A stretch of 28,352 bases of DNA from IMG/VR virus record IMGVR_UViG_3300048852_000130, positions 1-28,352 of that record, one strand, 5' to 3'. The notes under the pieces were generated by a model. The model saw only the letters and a program-made list of their open reading frames with translations, did not search any database and was not told the origin of the DNA. Of this stretch, positions 17,879-26,228 are shown in pieces. The translations under genes were made by a program, and so were the position numbers. This DNA is from a virus. Taxonomy: Duplodnaviria > Caudoviricetes. Position 1 is the stretch's first letter; each line of letters begins with the position of its first letter.

Positions 17879-18299
17879 CTACTTCCTCCATTTTCGCCTG
17901 CGCCGCGCGCCGATCGGCGGCGTCGCTGTGGGACGCGGCACGATCGACCGCTGCCTTCTGCTCACGTTCGCGCTGGGCCTCCGCGAGCAGACGGGCAGAC
18001 TCGGTCTGACTGCGCGCCTTGAAGGCTGCGAGATCCTGCACCGCCTCCGCGCAGAGCTGGCCGCGCGGCTTCTCAACCTTGCGCGGCCCCTTATCGGTCT
18101 GGATCTCGACAGTCGCCGGCGCGGTGCCGGCGCCGGCGAAGGCACAGACCTGATCGCCCCAGCTCGCCCATGCGTCGCGATCGGCGCGCACCTGGCGGGC
18201 GTCGACGTAGAACCAGGCGGCAGCAGCGGCGACGGCGAAGAGCACCAGCCATTCGCGCGCGCCGGCGATCCAGCGCCAAACAGAGAGGACGGCCATCAT
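17793..18299 (-). CDS. Inner-membrane spanin (Rz-like)
   Basis: N-terminal TM segment followed by an Ala/Glu/Arg coiled coil; follows the endolysin. Confidence 0.7.
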   Translation of the reverse strand: MMAVLSVWRWIAGAREWLVLFAVAAAAAWFYVDARQVRADRDAWASWGDQVCAFAGAGTAPATVEIQTDKGPRKVEKPRGQLCAEAVQDLAAFKARSQTESARLLAEAQREREQKAAVDRAASHSDAADRRAAQAKMEEVDAQVGDDDRVGSDWFARLNELAGLRGSR

Positions 18300-18799
18300 G
18301 CGAGCCCCCGCATGCAGATACTGCGTTCATCGCGGCGGCGGTTGAGCAGGCCCTGCACGACGCGGCCGCCGGCCTTGGTCCACATGAGGAAGGCGTCGCA
18401 GCCGCCGCGGAGATCGCCGGCGTTGAAGCGGCGCGCCACGGTCGAGCGGCAATAGGCGGCGCTGCCGATGTTATAGGCGAGGCTCACCGCCGCGGCGAGC
18501 TGGTCGGGGCGGTTGCGCAGAACGGGCGTGCAGCGAAGTACCGGCTCGGCGTGCGCCACGAGCTGCGCCTCGAGACGGCGCTCGCAGCCTTCGGGCGTCT
18601 CGACCATGCCAGGGCGCACGTTGCTGGTGTCCCCGTCGCAAATCGTCCAGATGCCGACGATGTCGCGATAGGCGGTGAGGTGCTGCTTTCCGCCGCTCTC
18701 CCATTTGGCGACGAGGGGCGAGACGATCAGCGCCGCGGCGACGCCGATTACCGTGATCAGCGACTTGGATTGGCGCAGGGGCTTGATGGCCGTGCTCAT
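18296..18799 (-). CDS. GH24 lysozyme, probable SAR endolysin
   Basis: Weakly hydrophobic N-terminus, WE..AYRDIVGIWTIC.G.T catalytic E/D/T, SLAYNIG, GLLNRRRDE. Confidence 0.9.
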   Translation of the reverse strand: MSTAIKPLRQSKSLITVIGVAAALIVSPLVAKWESGGKQHLTAYRDIVGIWTICDGDTSNVRPGMVETPEGCERRLEAQLVAHAEPVLRCTPVLRNRPDQLAAAVSLAYNIGSAAYCRSTVARRFNAGDLRGGCDAFLMWTKAGGRVVQGLLNRRRDERSICMRGLA

Positions 18800-19152
18800 T
18801 CTTCATCCTTTCTGCTGGGGAGGAAGCGGTCGGCCAGGCGCGAGGGCACGGAAGCGATCGCGTCGGCCGCGGCGGTGATGAAGCGGGGCGTGGCTTCGAA
18901 GGCGATCATGCCGACCGTGAACGCCGCCGCCTGAAGCACGAACGGATCCCAGTGCGGGTAGACCGCGCCGAGCGCGCGCGTGGCGAACCAGCTTACGACG
19001 ATGCCGACCGCGAGCTGCACGAAGCGATCGCGCCAGGTGAGCCCCTTCTTCCAGGCCATGCCGACAGCGGCGCCGAGCGCGCCGGGTGCGAGGCCGGCGA
19101 GGAGCGTGAGAAGGGCGTCGAGGAAGACTTGCAGCTTGGCCGGCATGCTCAA
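18796..19152 (-). CDS. Holin
   Basis: 118 aa, about 3 TM segments, charged C-terminus; lies between X and the lysozyme. Start TTG at 19152 or ATG at 19146. Confidence 0.7.
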   Translation of the reverse strand: MSMPAKLQVFLDALLTLLAGLAPGALGAAVGMAWKKGLTWRDRFVQLAVGIVVSWFATRALGAVYPHWDPFVLQAAAFTVGMIAFEATPRFITAAADAIASVPSRLADRFLPSRKDEE

Positions 19153-19364
19153 CTCCAGAGCTGGACGATCTCGCGCACCTGGACAGCGGGGGTGGCGATC
19201 GTGGGGATGATGACCGGCGTGCCGATCGGAAGAATGGGGCCGAGATCCGCGAGACCCGGATTGGCGGCGAGCACAGCGTCGACCGCGTCGATGCCAAGGC
19301 CGCGTTCGCGCCAGAGCAGTTCGTCGAGCGTATCGCCCTGTGCCGAGGTGATGCGATCCGCCAT
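19149..19364 (-). CDS. gpX: Tail protein X (LysM-like)
   Basis: AQGDTLDELLWRE.G..VL.ANPGLADLGPILP.GT.V..P..VQLWS. Confidence 0.93.
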   Translation of the reverse strand: MADRITSAQGDTLDELLWRERGLGIDAVDAVLAANPGLADLGPILPIGTPVIIPTIATPAVQVREIVQLWS

Positions 19365-19837
19365 CAGATCAGCTCGACGCAGGTTCGGGTGCGGCCGAGG
19401 ATCCCGCGCACGGCGTGGAGCGCGTCGCGGCGCAGCTCGCCGATCGATTCATCCAGCTCCTCGACCTTGCGCTGCCCCGCGCCGGTGAGATCGGTATCGC
19501 GCTGGCGCTCGACCAGCAGCGCCTTGGTCCAGGCGCCGACAGCGGTGCGATAGAGCACCAGGTTGCGCGTCTCGCCGGCGAGGGGGAGCGAGGGCACGCC
19601 TTCGAAGCTGTCGGCAGTCTGGGCGGTACGCCATTCGGCGAGCTGATCGTTGGTCCAGATCATCGCCTCGAGCACCGCAGCGCGCAGGCGATCGGCGGTG
19701 ACGACATCACGGATCCGGCGCTCCTCGCGCAGCACTGCGGGATCGATTGCCGGGAACCAGCCGTCGTTGACGATCGGCCCGGACGCCGGCGGCGCCGGCG
19801 GTGGCACGATCGACGGGGTGCAGGAGAAGCCGCTCAC
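19364..19837 (-). CDS. gpL: Head completion protein gpL
   Basis: I.NDGWFPAID..R..VT..RLR.A..LYR.AV..A.L.ER.RD.D.T..LRRDA..AVR.ILG..R..VELI. Confidence 0.9.
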   Translation of the reverse strand: MSGFSCTPSIVPPPAPPASGPIVNDGWFPAIDPAVLREERRIRDVVTADRLRAAVLEAMIWTNDQLAEWRTAQTADSFEGVPSLPLAGETRNLVLYRTAVGAWTKALLVERQRDTDLTGAGQRKVEELDESIGELRRDALHAVRGILGRTRTCVELI

Positions 19838-20037
19838 GCCATCACCGCGCGCGAGATCCAGGACACTGCGACCATGGTGGCGAGGAAGCCCAGCGCCGAG
19901 ACGATGGCGGCGAGCTGACGCACCCGGGGCGCATCCTCGAGGATCGCGACAGCGAGGCCGAGCAGGCTGCTCACGACGCCGATGCAGAGGACCAGACAGG
20001 CGCCGAGCAGTGCGAGGGCGTAGAGTGCGAGGGACAT
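19834..20037 (-). CDS. Small two-TM membrane protein inserted between M and L
   Basis: 67 aa, MSLALYALALLGACLVLCIG..LAAIVSALGFLATMVAVSWI; its stop overlaps the L start (GTGA). Confidence 0.55.
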   Translation of the reverse strand: MSLALYALALLGACLVLCIGVVSSLLGLAVAILEDAPRVRQLAAIVSALGFLATMVAVSWISRAVMA

Positions 20038-20157
20038 GGCTTTCTCAATCGCCCGCCCGCCGGTTACGGGGGTGGGGACCGGGTCAGCGATGGCCCTCAG
20101 GCACGAAGCCCCTCCCATCGCGCGCGATCCGCCCCCGAGCGCCGGGGGGCGAGCTTG

Positions 20158-21009
20158 TCAGGCGGCGGGTGCCGCCGGTTCCCTGGGTGGCGCGAGGAGC
20201 TTCTCGAGCCGCTTGATGCGATCCTTCACGCCGACGCGCTCGTTGAGCTGCTGCGCGCGGCGGAGCAATTCGAGCGCCTTCCCAGCGATGACGGCCCGCG
20301 CCAACGGCTCGGCTGCATCATCCTCGGCGGCGCGCATCTGCTCGACACCAATCGCCTTGGCGAGCTTGGCGCGAATTTCGTCGTGCATGTCCGCCTCGGC
20401 AGTCAGCTCTTCGACGCGCGCGAGAATTTCGAGCGGGAAGGCGCCGCCGGCGCCCTGCGCTTTCAGGGCGGCGGTCGCGATCTCCTCGACGATGAGCGCC
20501 GGAGCGGTGCGTTCGTAGCGCGCGGGCAGGGGCACGTTGTGCTTGAGCACGTGTTCGGCGAGCACCAGCGCGCCGGGGAAGTCGCCCGTGTCGATCCGCC
20601 AGATCATGACGGTGGGCAGAACTTCGTCCGTGGTCGGAGCGTCCATTGCGACCAGGCCATCGACCCATGCCGCATATTCCGGCAGCATCTCGCGCTTGGC
20701 CTCGATCTTCTTCTCGATCGACTGGATGTCCTTCAGGCGGCGCAGGTCAGTCTGCATGCGAAGCTGGATCTGGGCGGCAGCGCGCTGCTCGGGCGTGCCG
20801 GCGAACTGTTCCGCGGGCGCTGGTGCAGAGGCGGAAATCATGGCGGCGTTGCGCTCATGGTGCGCGCGAGCGGGCGTCATGTTGCCGGCGTCGGGAAGAT
20901 CAGTTGGCGTTTCCGCCTGCCCGCCCTCGCTCCCGGATGCGATCGACGTGGTTACGGAAGCCGCGGCCAGGAGGGCGAGGCGTTCGCGATGGAGACGAGC
21001 TGGGCTCAT
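20158..21009 (-). CDS. gpM: Terminase small (endonuclease) subunit gpM
   Basis: D.RRLKDIQSIEKK...KREMLPEY..WV.G..DEVL.TVMIWRIDTGD..DM.DEIRAKL.KA.G..VGVK.RI.RLE. Confidence 0.92.
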   Translation of the reverse strand: MSPARLHRERLALLAAASVTTSIASGSEGGQAETPTDLPDAGNMTPARAHHERNAAMISASAPAPAEQFAGTPEQRAAAQIQLRMQTDLRRLKDIQSIEKKIEAKREMLPEYAAWVDGLVAMDAPTTDEVLPTVMIWRIDTGDFPGALVLAEHVLKHNVPLPARYERTAPALIVEEIATAALKAQGAGGAFPLEILARVEELTAEADMHDEIRAKLAKAIGVEQMRAAEDDAAEPLARAVIAGKALELLRRAQQLNERVGVKDRIKRLEKLLAPPREPAAPAA

Positions 21010-21053
21010 GATCGATCCTGTCGAGAGAGGGCGGGCAGGGGGAGGCCGAAGCG

Positions 21054-22106
21054 TTAGAGCTTCGGCCCAAGCTGGATGTTCTCGATCAGGCAGGCCTTGC
21101 CGTAGTCTTCGACCATGAAGGCGTCGTTGATGCTCTCATAGTTTTCGATCTGATCGAGGGCGGGTTCGTCCCGGATCTGGCGGCGCGCGGTGCCGAGCTG
21201 CCAGTAATAGGAGAGGTTCTTGAGGCTGGTGATCATCAGCGCGTTGGGCGGGAAGAACGGCACCTGCACCGTGGGCAGCCCGCCGAGCTGGCGGCTCGAC
21301 ATAATTACGTCGCGGGCGACCTGCTCGGTCGCGGTGCTGCCGGCCTCCTCGACAATCTTGAAATACTTGTCGTGGACGAGATCGCTTCCGACGATCACCA
21401 CCAGGTCGGTTGCCGAACGATAGCGCTCGTGCAGCAGGTTCTGCTTGGCGTCGAAGACCAGGCCGTCGAGCGTCTTGTAATCGGCCGCGCCGGTTTCCGA
21501 GACATAGACCTTGAGTTCGTCGAGCCCACCGTGGGCCATCACGCGAGCGGCCGCATAGGTGCGCATCTTGTAGAGCCAACCCCAGTTGACGTCCTGGAGC
21601 AGCGGGTAGGCGACGCGATCGGTCGTTGCGGCGGCGTTCACGCCGTTGAACCCGATCATGATGATATCCGACGCCTTCTGGACGAGCACCGCATCGCGGC
21701 ACAGCGTCTGGAATTCAGGGCGGTGCGCCCAGGCGTCGAGCAGCGCGTAGGGCCACGCATAGTCGTAGTCGGTCTTCTTGCAGAAATACTGGTCGATCTC
21801 GTCGCTGCCGGTGGGGTTGCCCGGCGTGCGGCGGTTGCCCGCGCCGGTGTTCGTCCGGCCCGCGAGCGTGCGGGTGACGCCGACGCCGACGCGCGCGCCC
21901 TGCTGCTCGACCACCGGAATCACGTTGATCCGGCTGAGGAAATCGCTGGTGAGCTGGAGCTTGGCCTGGAGCTTCTGCTCGATCACGGGCGCGACGTTGA
22001 AGCTTTTCAGTTCGCCGGGGACGGCCACATAGGCGGGATCCAGCGCGTTGAGCGCGGCGACCTGGCCGACATAGGAATTGAAGAGGAGGCGAGTGGCGGT
22101 CTGCAT
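21054..22106 (-). CDS. gpN: P2-family major capsid protein gpN
   Basis: TR..FN.Y..FNV.P..EQKL..S.FL..IN..Y.C..T.YD..LD.WA..IMIGFNG..PLLQDVN.GWL..VPFFP..NLS.Y.Q..YES.NDA..VEDY. Confidence 0.95.
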   Translation of the reverse strand: MQTATRLLFNSYVGQVAALNALDPAYVAVPGELKSFNVAPVIEQKLQAKLQLTSDFLSRINVIPVVEQQGARVGVGVTRTLAGRTNTGAGNRRTPGNPTGSDEIDQYFCKKTDYDYAWPYALLDAWAHRPEFQTLCRDAVLVQKASDIIMIGFNGVNAAATTDRVAYPLLQDVNWGWLYKMRTYAAARVMAHGGLDELKVYVSETGAADYKTLDGLVFDAKQNLLHERYRSATDLVVIVGSDLVHDKYFKIVEEAGSTATEQVARDVIMSSRQLGGLPTVQVPFFPPNALMITSLKNLSYYWQLGTARRQIRDEPALDQIENYESINDAFMVEDYGKACLIENIQLGPKL

Positions 22107-22159
22107 TAGGAGACTCCGAGGCGTGAGGGGAGCGGGGCTTGGGATGATCGTGGGGAGCG

Positions 22160-22990
22160 TCAGCAGTCGGTGAGCACCGAGTTGCCACCGCCGCTCGCGG
22201 GCGCGCGGGTGAAGCGCGGATCCGGCGTCTGTTCGAGCTTATCCTTAAGAGCCGCGAACTCGCTCTGCAGGGTGGCGTTCGCCTCGCTGAGGGGCTTCAC
22301 GGCCGCGGTGATCGCCGCGGCCACCGTCTGGCCCATTTCGGTCGCAAAGGCGGCGAAGTTGTCGTTCGCCGGCGCCGGTGCCGGGGGGACCGGTTCCGGC
22401 TTCGGCTTCTCCTCCTCGGGGGCCTTGAACTTCGCAGCCAGCGCCGAGAAGAAGCCGGCGACCGCGCTTTCCACCTTCGATGCGTCGGCTGCCGACTCTT
22501 CGAATTCGATCTCGACGCCATCGGTCGAGGCGGAGAAGACGGTGCCGGGAGCGCTGCGCGAGAACTGCAGTTTCTCGGTGCCGATGCTGGCGGGCTTGTC
22601 GGTGAAGGCGAGCCCGATCAGCCCAAACTTGTCGGTGCCGGCGTAGCTGGGCGTGAGTTCGACCGAGGGATAGGGCTTTTGATCGGCGTTCGCGAGCTTG
22701 ACGAGCTGGTCGTTGCCCTCGACCTGGGCATAGAGCGCGCGGCGCTTTTCGGTCTTGCCGGCGATCTGCAGCTCGACGTCTTCGGCCTTCACCGCGACGA
22801 CATCGCCATAGCCGTTGAAGGGCGGCTCCGGGCTGTAGCCGGCGATATGCTCGATGTTGATGCGCGGAGAGTAGGTCTCGGTGTTGAAGGTCGCGACGAT
22901 CTGATCGATCATCTCCGCGGTGATGACGCGGCCGTCGCTGATAGTCTGGCCTTCGACGAAAGCGCGGAAGAACTTGCTCTTCTTGCCCAT
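22160..22990 (-). CDS. gpO: Capsid scaffolding protein gpO
   Basis: KSKFFR..VEG.T..DGR.I..Y..RINIEH..YGDV..L.GLA.TD.PAS.GTE.L.F; ends LTDC. Confidence 0.93.
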   Translation of the reverse strand: MGKKSKFFRAFVEGQTISDGRVITAEMIDQIVATFNTETYSPRINIEHIAGYSPEPPFNGYGDVVAVKAEDVELQIAGKTEKRRALYAQVEGNDQLVKLANADQKPYPSVELTPSYAGTDKFGLIGLAFTDKPASIGTEKLQFSRSAPGTVFSASTDGVEIEFEESAADASKVESAVAGFFSALAAKFKAPEEEKPKPEPVPPAPAPANDNFAAFATEMGQTVAAAITAAVKPLSEANATLQSEFAALKDKLEQTPDPRFTRAPASGGGNSVLTDC

Positions 22991-23088
22991 GGCGGTGCGG
23001 TCCCCGTGATCGGTTCGATGGTGGCGGCCGCAGCCGCGCTGACCTGGCGAAAAGGGGACGAAGGGGCGCATCTTCTCAAGCGAGCCGC

Positions 23089-23111
23089 CTTGTAGAGAGC
23101 GTCTCTACAAG
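23089..23111. promoter_or_regulatory. Late-promoter activator palindrome between divergent O and P
   Basis: CTTGTAGA-GAGCGTC-TCTACAAG (arms extend to CCTTGTAGAGA). Confidence 0.78.
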
Positions 23112-23159
23112 GCTCGCTGCTCAATCGGCGGGGGCGGGCGTGGCTAGGTTCGCCGCGCC

Positions 23160-25322
23160 ATGGCCAAGCTTCCGCCCGACACCGGCATGCACCTGCCCGC
23201 CAACACGTTCCCGATCCCGATCACCGCGGATCGCTGGGCGCGCAGCCTCTATTGGGCCGGGTGGGGCATCACCCAGATCACCGATGAGCTGCAGCTGATC
23301 GGCTACACCAACGACGAGACGGGCAAGGCATATGCCCGATCGACCGTGGAGGCATGGAAGCAACGTCAGGGCTGGGACAAGACACGGCCGCTCGACAAGG
23401 TCGAGAACACGATCGAGATGCGGATCAACCAACTGATCCTGAAAGAGAACAAGACCGGGCACGACTTCAACGAGATCGACCTGCTGATGCGACAGCTCGT
23501 GTCAGCGGCGCGGATCCGCCGATACGAGGCGCCGGGCGGGCACGAGGGCGACCTCAACGACAAGGTCGAAAACCGCAACGCCGGCGAGAAGAAGAAGGCG
23601 AAGAAGAACCACTTCACTTGCCAGCAGGTCGAGCAGCTCGAGGCGATCTTCGAAGAGGAGCTGTTCGGATACCAGGAGGATTGGTGGGCGGCCAAGGACC
23701 AGCGCACGCGCATGATCCTGAAGTCGCGCCAGATCGGCGCGACCTGGTATTTCGCCCGCGAGGCCCTGCTCGACGCGCTGCGCGGGGGCGGCAACCAGAT
23801 CTTCCTCTCCGCCTCCAAGAACCAGGCGCATATCTTCCGCGGCTACATCATCCAGTTCGCGGCGCGGGTGGGCGTGAAGCTGACCGGCGATCCGATCGTG
23901 GTGACCGCCGACACGATGCCCGAGGGTGAGCCCGCGGCCGAGCTGATCTTCCTGGGCACCAACGCCCGCACCGCGCAGGGCTATCACGGCAATTTCTACT
24001 TCGACGAGTTCTTCTGGACCTATGGGTTCGAAGAGCTGAACAAGGTCGCGAGCGCCATGGCGATGCACAAGCGCTGGCGGCGGACCTATTTTTCGACGCC
24101 GTCGAGCGTTGCGCACCAGGCGCACCCCTATTGGACCGGCGAGCGCCGCAATCGGCGGGTGAAGAAGGAAAACCGCGTCACGATCGACGTGAGCCATGCC
24201 CGGCTGAAGGCGGGCGTGCTCTGCGAGGACAATATCTGGCGCCAGATCGTGACGATCGAGGATGCCGCGGCGCGCGGGTGCGACCTGTTCGACATCGACG
24301 AGCTGCGCATCGAATATGCGCCCGACGAATTCGCCAACCTGCTGATGTGCCAGTTCGTCGACGACAGCCTGTCGGCCTTCAAGTTCAACGAGCTGCAGCG
24401 CGCGACGGTGGACGCCGTGGTGGACTGGCGCGACGTGGATCTGCTGGCGCCGAAGCCGGTGGGCAATCGACCGGTGTGGGCGGGCTATGACCCGCAGGAG
24501 AGCGAGGACGGGGACAATGCCGCGCTGGTGATCGCGCTGCCGCCGGAAGGGCCGAGCGGCAAGTTCCGGCTGATCGAGCGCCACCAGCTGCGCGGGCTCG
24601 ACTTCCAGGCGCAGGCCGAGTTCATCGTTGCGCGCCTGACGCGCTACAACTGCACCTATCTGGGCGTGGACGCCGGCGGCGTCGGCGCCGGCGTCTATCA
24701 GTGCCTGCAGCGCGAGAATGTGCGCGGCCTTACCAAGATCGAATATTCGCTCGAGGCGAAGGCGACGATGGTGATGAAAGCGCAGCACAGCTTCGCCCGC
24801 CAGCGGATCGAGTTCGACGCCGGGTGGATCGACGTTCAGTCGAGCTTCCTGTCGATCAAGAAGGCGCTCACCCGATCGGGCGCGGCGATCACCTTCAAGG
24901 CGAGCCGCAGCGACGACATCGGCCATGCCGATCTGGCCTGGGCGATCATGCACATCCTCATCAACGAACCCCTGGACGGCAAGGCGCGGCCGAAGACGCG
25001 CATGGAGATCATCGATGGCGAAGCGGAGGACGCGGCGAATGTCGCGGGTGGAATCGGCGGCGGCGGCGCCTGGAGCCATCGAGGCGAGCGCGAGCACGCA
25101 ATCGCGCGAGCTGGCATTCAGCTTCGGCGATCCGGAGCCGGTGCTGGGCCGGCGCGAGCTGATCGACATGCTGGAATGCGTCCACAACGCTCGCTGGTAC
25201 GAGCCGCCGATCCCCGTCGACGGACTGGCGCGCGCGTTCCGCGTCTCTCCGCACCACAGCAGCGCCATCTACCTCAAGCGCAACCTGCTGGTGGCTTCGT
25301 TCGAGCCCTCGCCACTGCTTAG
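23160..25322 (+). CDS. gpP: Terminase large (ATPase) subunit gpP; natural end expected near 25016 but ORF reads on into Q
   Basis: ILKSRQIGATWYFAREAL, QIFLSASKNQA, FLGTNARTAQGYHGN.YFDE.FW, YFSTPS, GYDP, GHADLAWA.MH.L.NEPL. Confidence 0.93.
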   Translation: MAKLPPDTGMHLPANTFPIPITADRWARSLYWAGWGITQITDELQLIGYTNDETGKAYARSTVEAWKQRQGWDKTRPLDKVENTIEMRINQLILKENKTGHDFNEIDLLMRQLVSAARIRRYEAPGGHEGDLNDKVENRNAGEKKKAKKNHFTCQQVEQLEAIFEEELFGYQEDWWAAKDQRTRMILKSRQIGATWYFAREALLDALRGGGNQIFLSASKNQAHIFRGYIIQFAARVGVKLTGDPIVVTADTMPEGEPAAELIFLGTNARTAQGYHGNFYFDEFFWTYGFEELNKVASAMAMHKRWRRTYFSTPSSVAHQAHPYWTGERRNRRVKKENRVTIDVSHARLKAGVLCEDNIWRQIVTIEDAAARGCDLFDIDELRIEYAPDEFANLLMCQFVDDSLSAFKFNELQRATVDAVVDWRDVDLLAPKPVGNRPVWAGYDPQESEDGDNAALVIALPPEGPSGKFRLIERHQLRGLDFQAQAEFIVARLTRYNCTYLGVDAGGVGAGVYQCLQRENVRGLTKIEYSLEAKATMVMKAQHSFARQRIEFDAGWIDVQSSFLSIKKALTRSGAAITFKASRSDDIGHADLAWAIMHILINEPLDGKARPKTRMEIIDGEAEDAANVAGGIGGGGAWSHRGEREHAIARAGIQLRRSGAGAGPARADRHAGMRPQRSLVRAADPRRRTGARVPRLSAPQQRHLPQAQPAGGFVRALATA

Positions 25323-26073
25323 CCGTGCCGCATTCGAGGCGATGGTGCAGGACTATCTGGTCTTCGGCTTTGGCTTCCTGGAGGAGCGGCGCAACGTGCT
25401 GGGCGGGGTGCTGCGCTATGAGCATGCGCTGGCGAAATATACGCGCCGCGGCGTGGAGGAGGGGCGCTACTTCTTCGTGCCGGGATATCGCCAAGAGACC
25501 GAATTCCGGCGCGGCAGCGTGTTCATGCTGCGCCAGCCCGATATCAACCAGGAGATCTACGGCGTCCCCGAATATCTGAGCGCGCTGCAGTCGGCGTTGC
25601 TCAACGAGGCCGCGACGCTGTTCCGTCGGCGATACTACCTCAACGGCAGCCATGCCGGGTACATCCTCTACGCCACCGGCGACATCGACGAGAACGACAC
25701 CAACGCGCTGCGCGATGCGCTGAAGAAGTCGAAGGGTCCGGGCAACTTCAAGAACCTGTTCGTGCACGCACCTGGCGGGAAGGAAGGGAGCCTCAAGATC
25801 CTGCCGATCGCCGAGGTGGGAGCGAAGGACGAGTTCCTGGGCATCAAAAATGCGACGCGCGACGACGTGCTTGCCGCGCACCGCGTGCCGCCCCAGCTCC
25901 TCGGCATCGTGCCGGCGCAGGGATCGAGCGGCTTCGGCAACCCGCTGCAGGCGACTGACATGTTCTTCGAGCTGGAGATCGCGCCGCTGCAGGCGCGCTT
26001 CCTACAGCTCAACGACGAGACGGGGCGCGAGATCGTGAGCTTCCGGGAGCGCGTAGCCGCCGCGGCGGCATGA
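25015..26073 (+). CDS. gpQ: Portal protein gpQ (PBSX family)
   Basis: AFSFGDPEPVL..WYEPP..GLA..HHSSAIY.KRN..DINQEIYG.PEYL..FRRRYY.NGSHAG..KGPGNF.NLF..AAHRVPPQL.G; GGAG RBS upstream. Confidence 0.95.
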   Translation: MAKRRTRRMSRVESAAAAPGAIEASASTQSRELAFSFGDPEPVLGRRELIDMLECVHNARWYEPPIPVDGLARAFRVSPHHSSAIYLKRNLLVASFEPSPLLSRAAFEAMVQDYLVFGFGFLEERRNVLGGVLRYEHALAKYTRRGVEEGRYFFVPGYRQETEFRRGSVFMLRQPDINQEIYGVPEYLSALQSALLNEAATLFRRRYYLNGSHAGYILYATGDIDENDTNALRDALKKSKGPGNFKNLFVHAPGGKEGSLKILPIAEVGAKDEFLGIKNATRDDVLAAHRVPPQLLGIVPAQGSSGFGNPLQATDMFFELEIAPLQARFLQLNDETGREIVSFRERVAAAAA

Positions 26074-26228
26074 TTGCGCCCCGCCCGGTCCAAGGGCCGG
26101 GCGGGGGCAAGCCGAGTGGCGGCTCGGCTCACCGACGAGGATACGCTCGCCATGGCAGATCGGCCAGTCCGGCCATCCCGCACCCGGCATTCGCCGGGCG
26201 GGATTCCTACAAGAGAGCGAAATCCTAC

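Noticed and set aside
19140-19152. Holin dual-start (TTG-Ser-ATG) holin/antiholin motif
   Set aside because: No charged residue between the two starts as in lambda S107/S105; cannot be supported.
9161-23111. Palindromic repeats as CRISPR or REP elements
   Set aside because: Three isolated copies kilobases apart, each at an operon head; no spacers and no cas genes.
23502-25268. Long antisense and alternate-frame ORFs (e.g. 588 aa here, 495 aa at 6923-8410, 418 aa at 19801-21057)
   Set aside because: Shadows of GC-rich phage genes with no recognisable motifs.
26074-26110. Intrinsic terminator after portal
   Set aside because: Strong stem but no U-tract on +; treated as part of the methylase leader instead.
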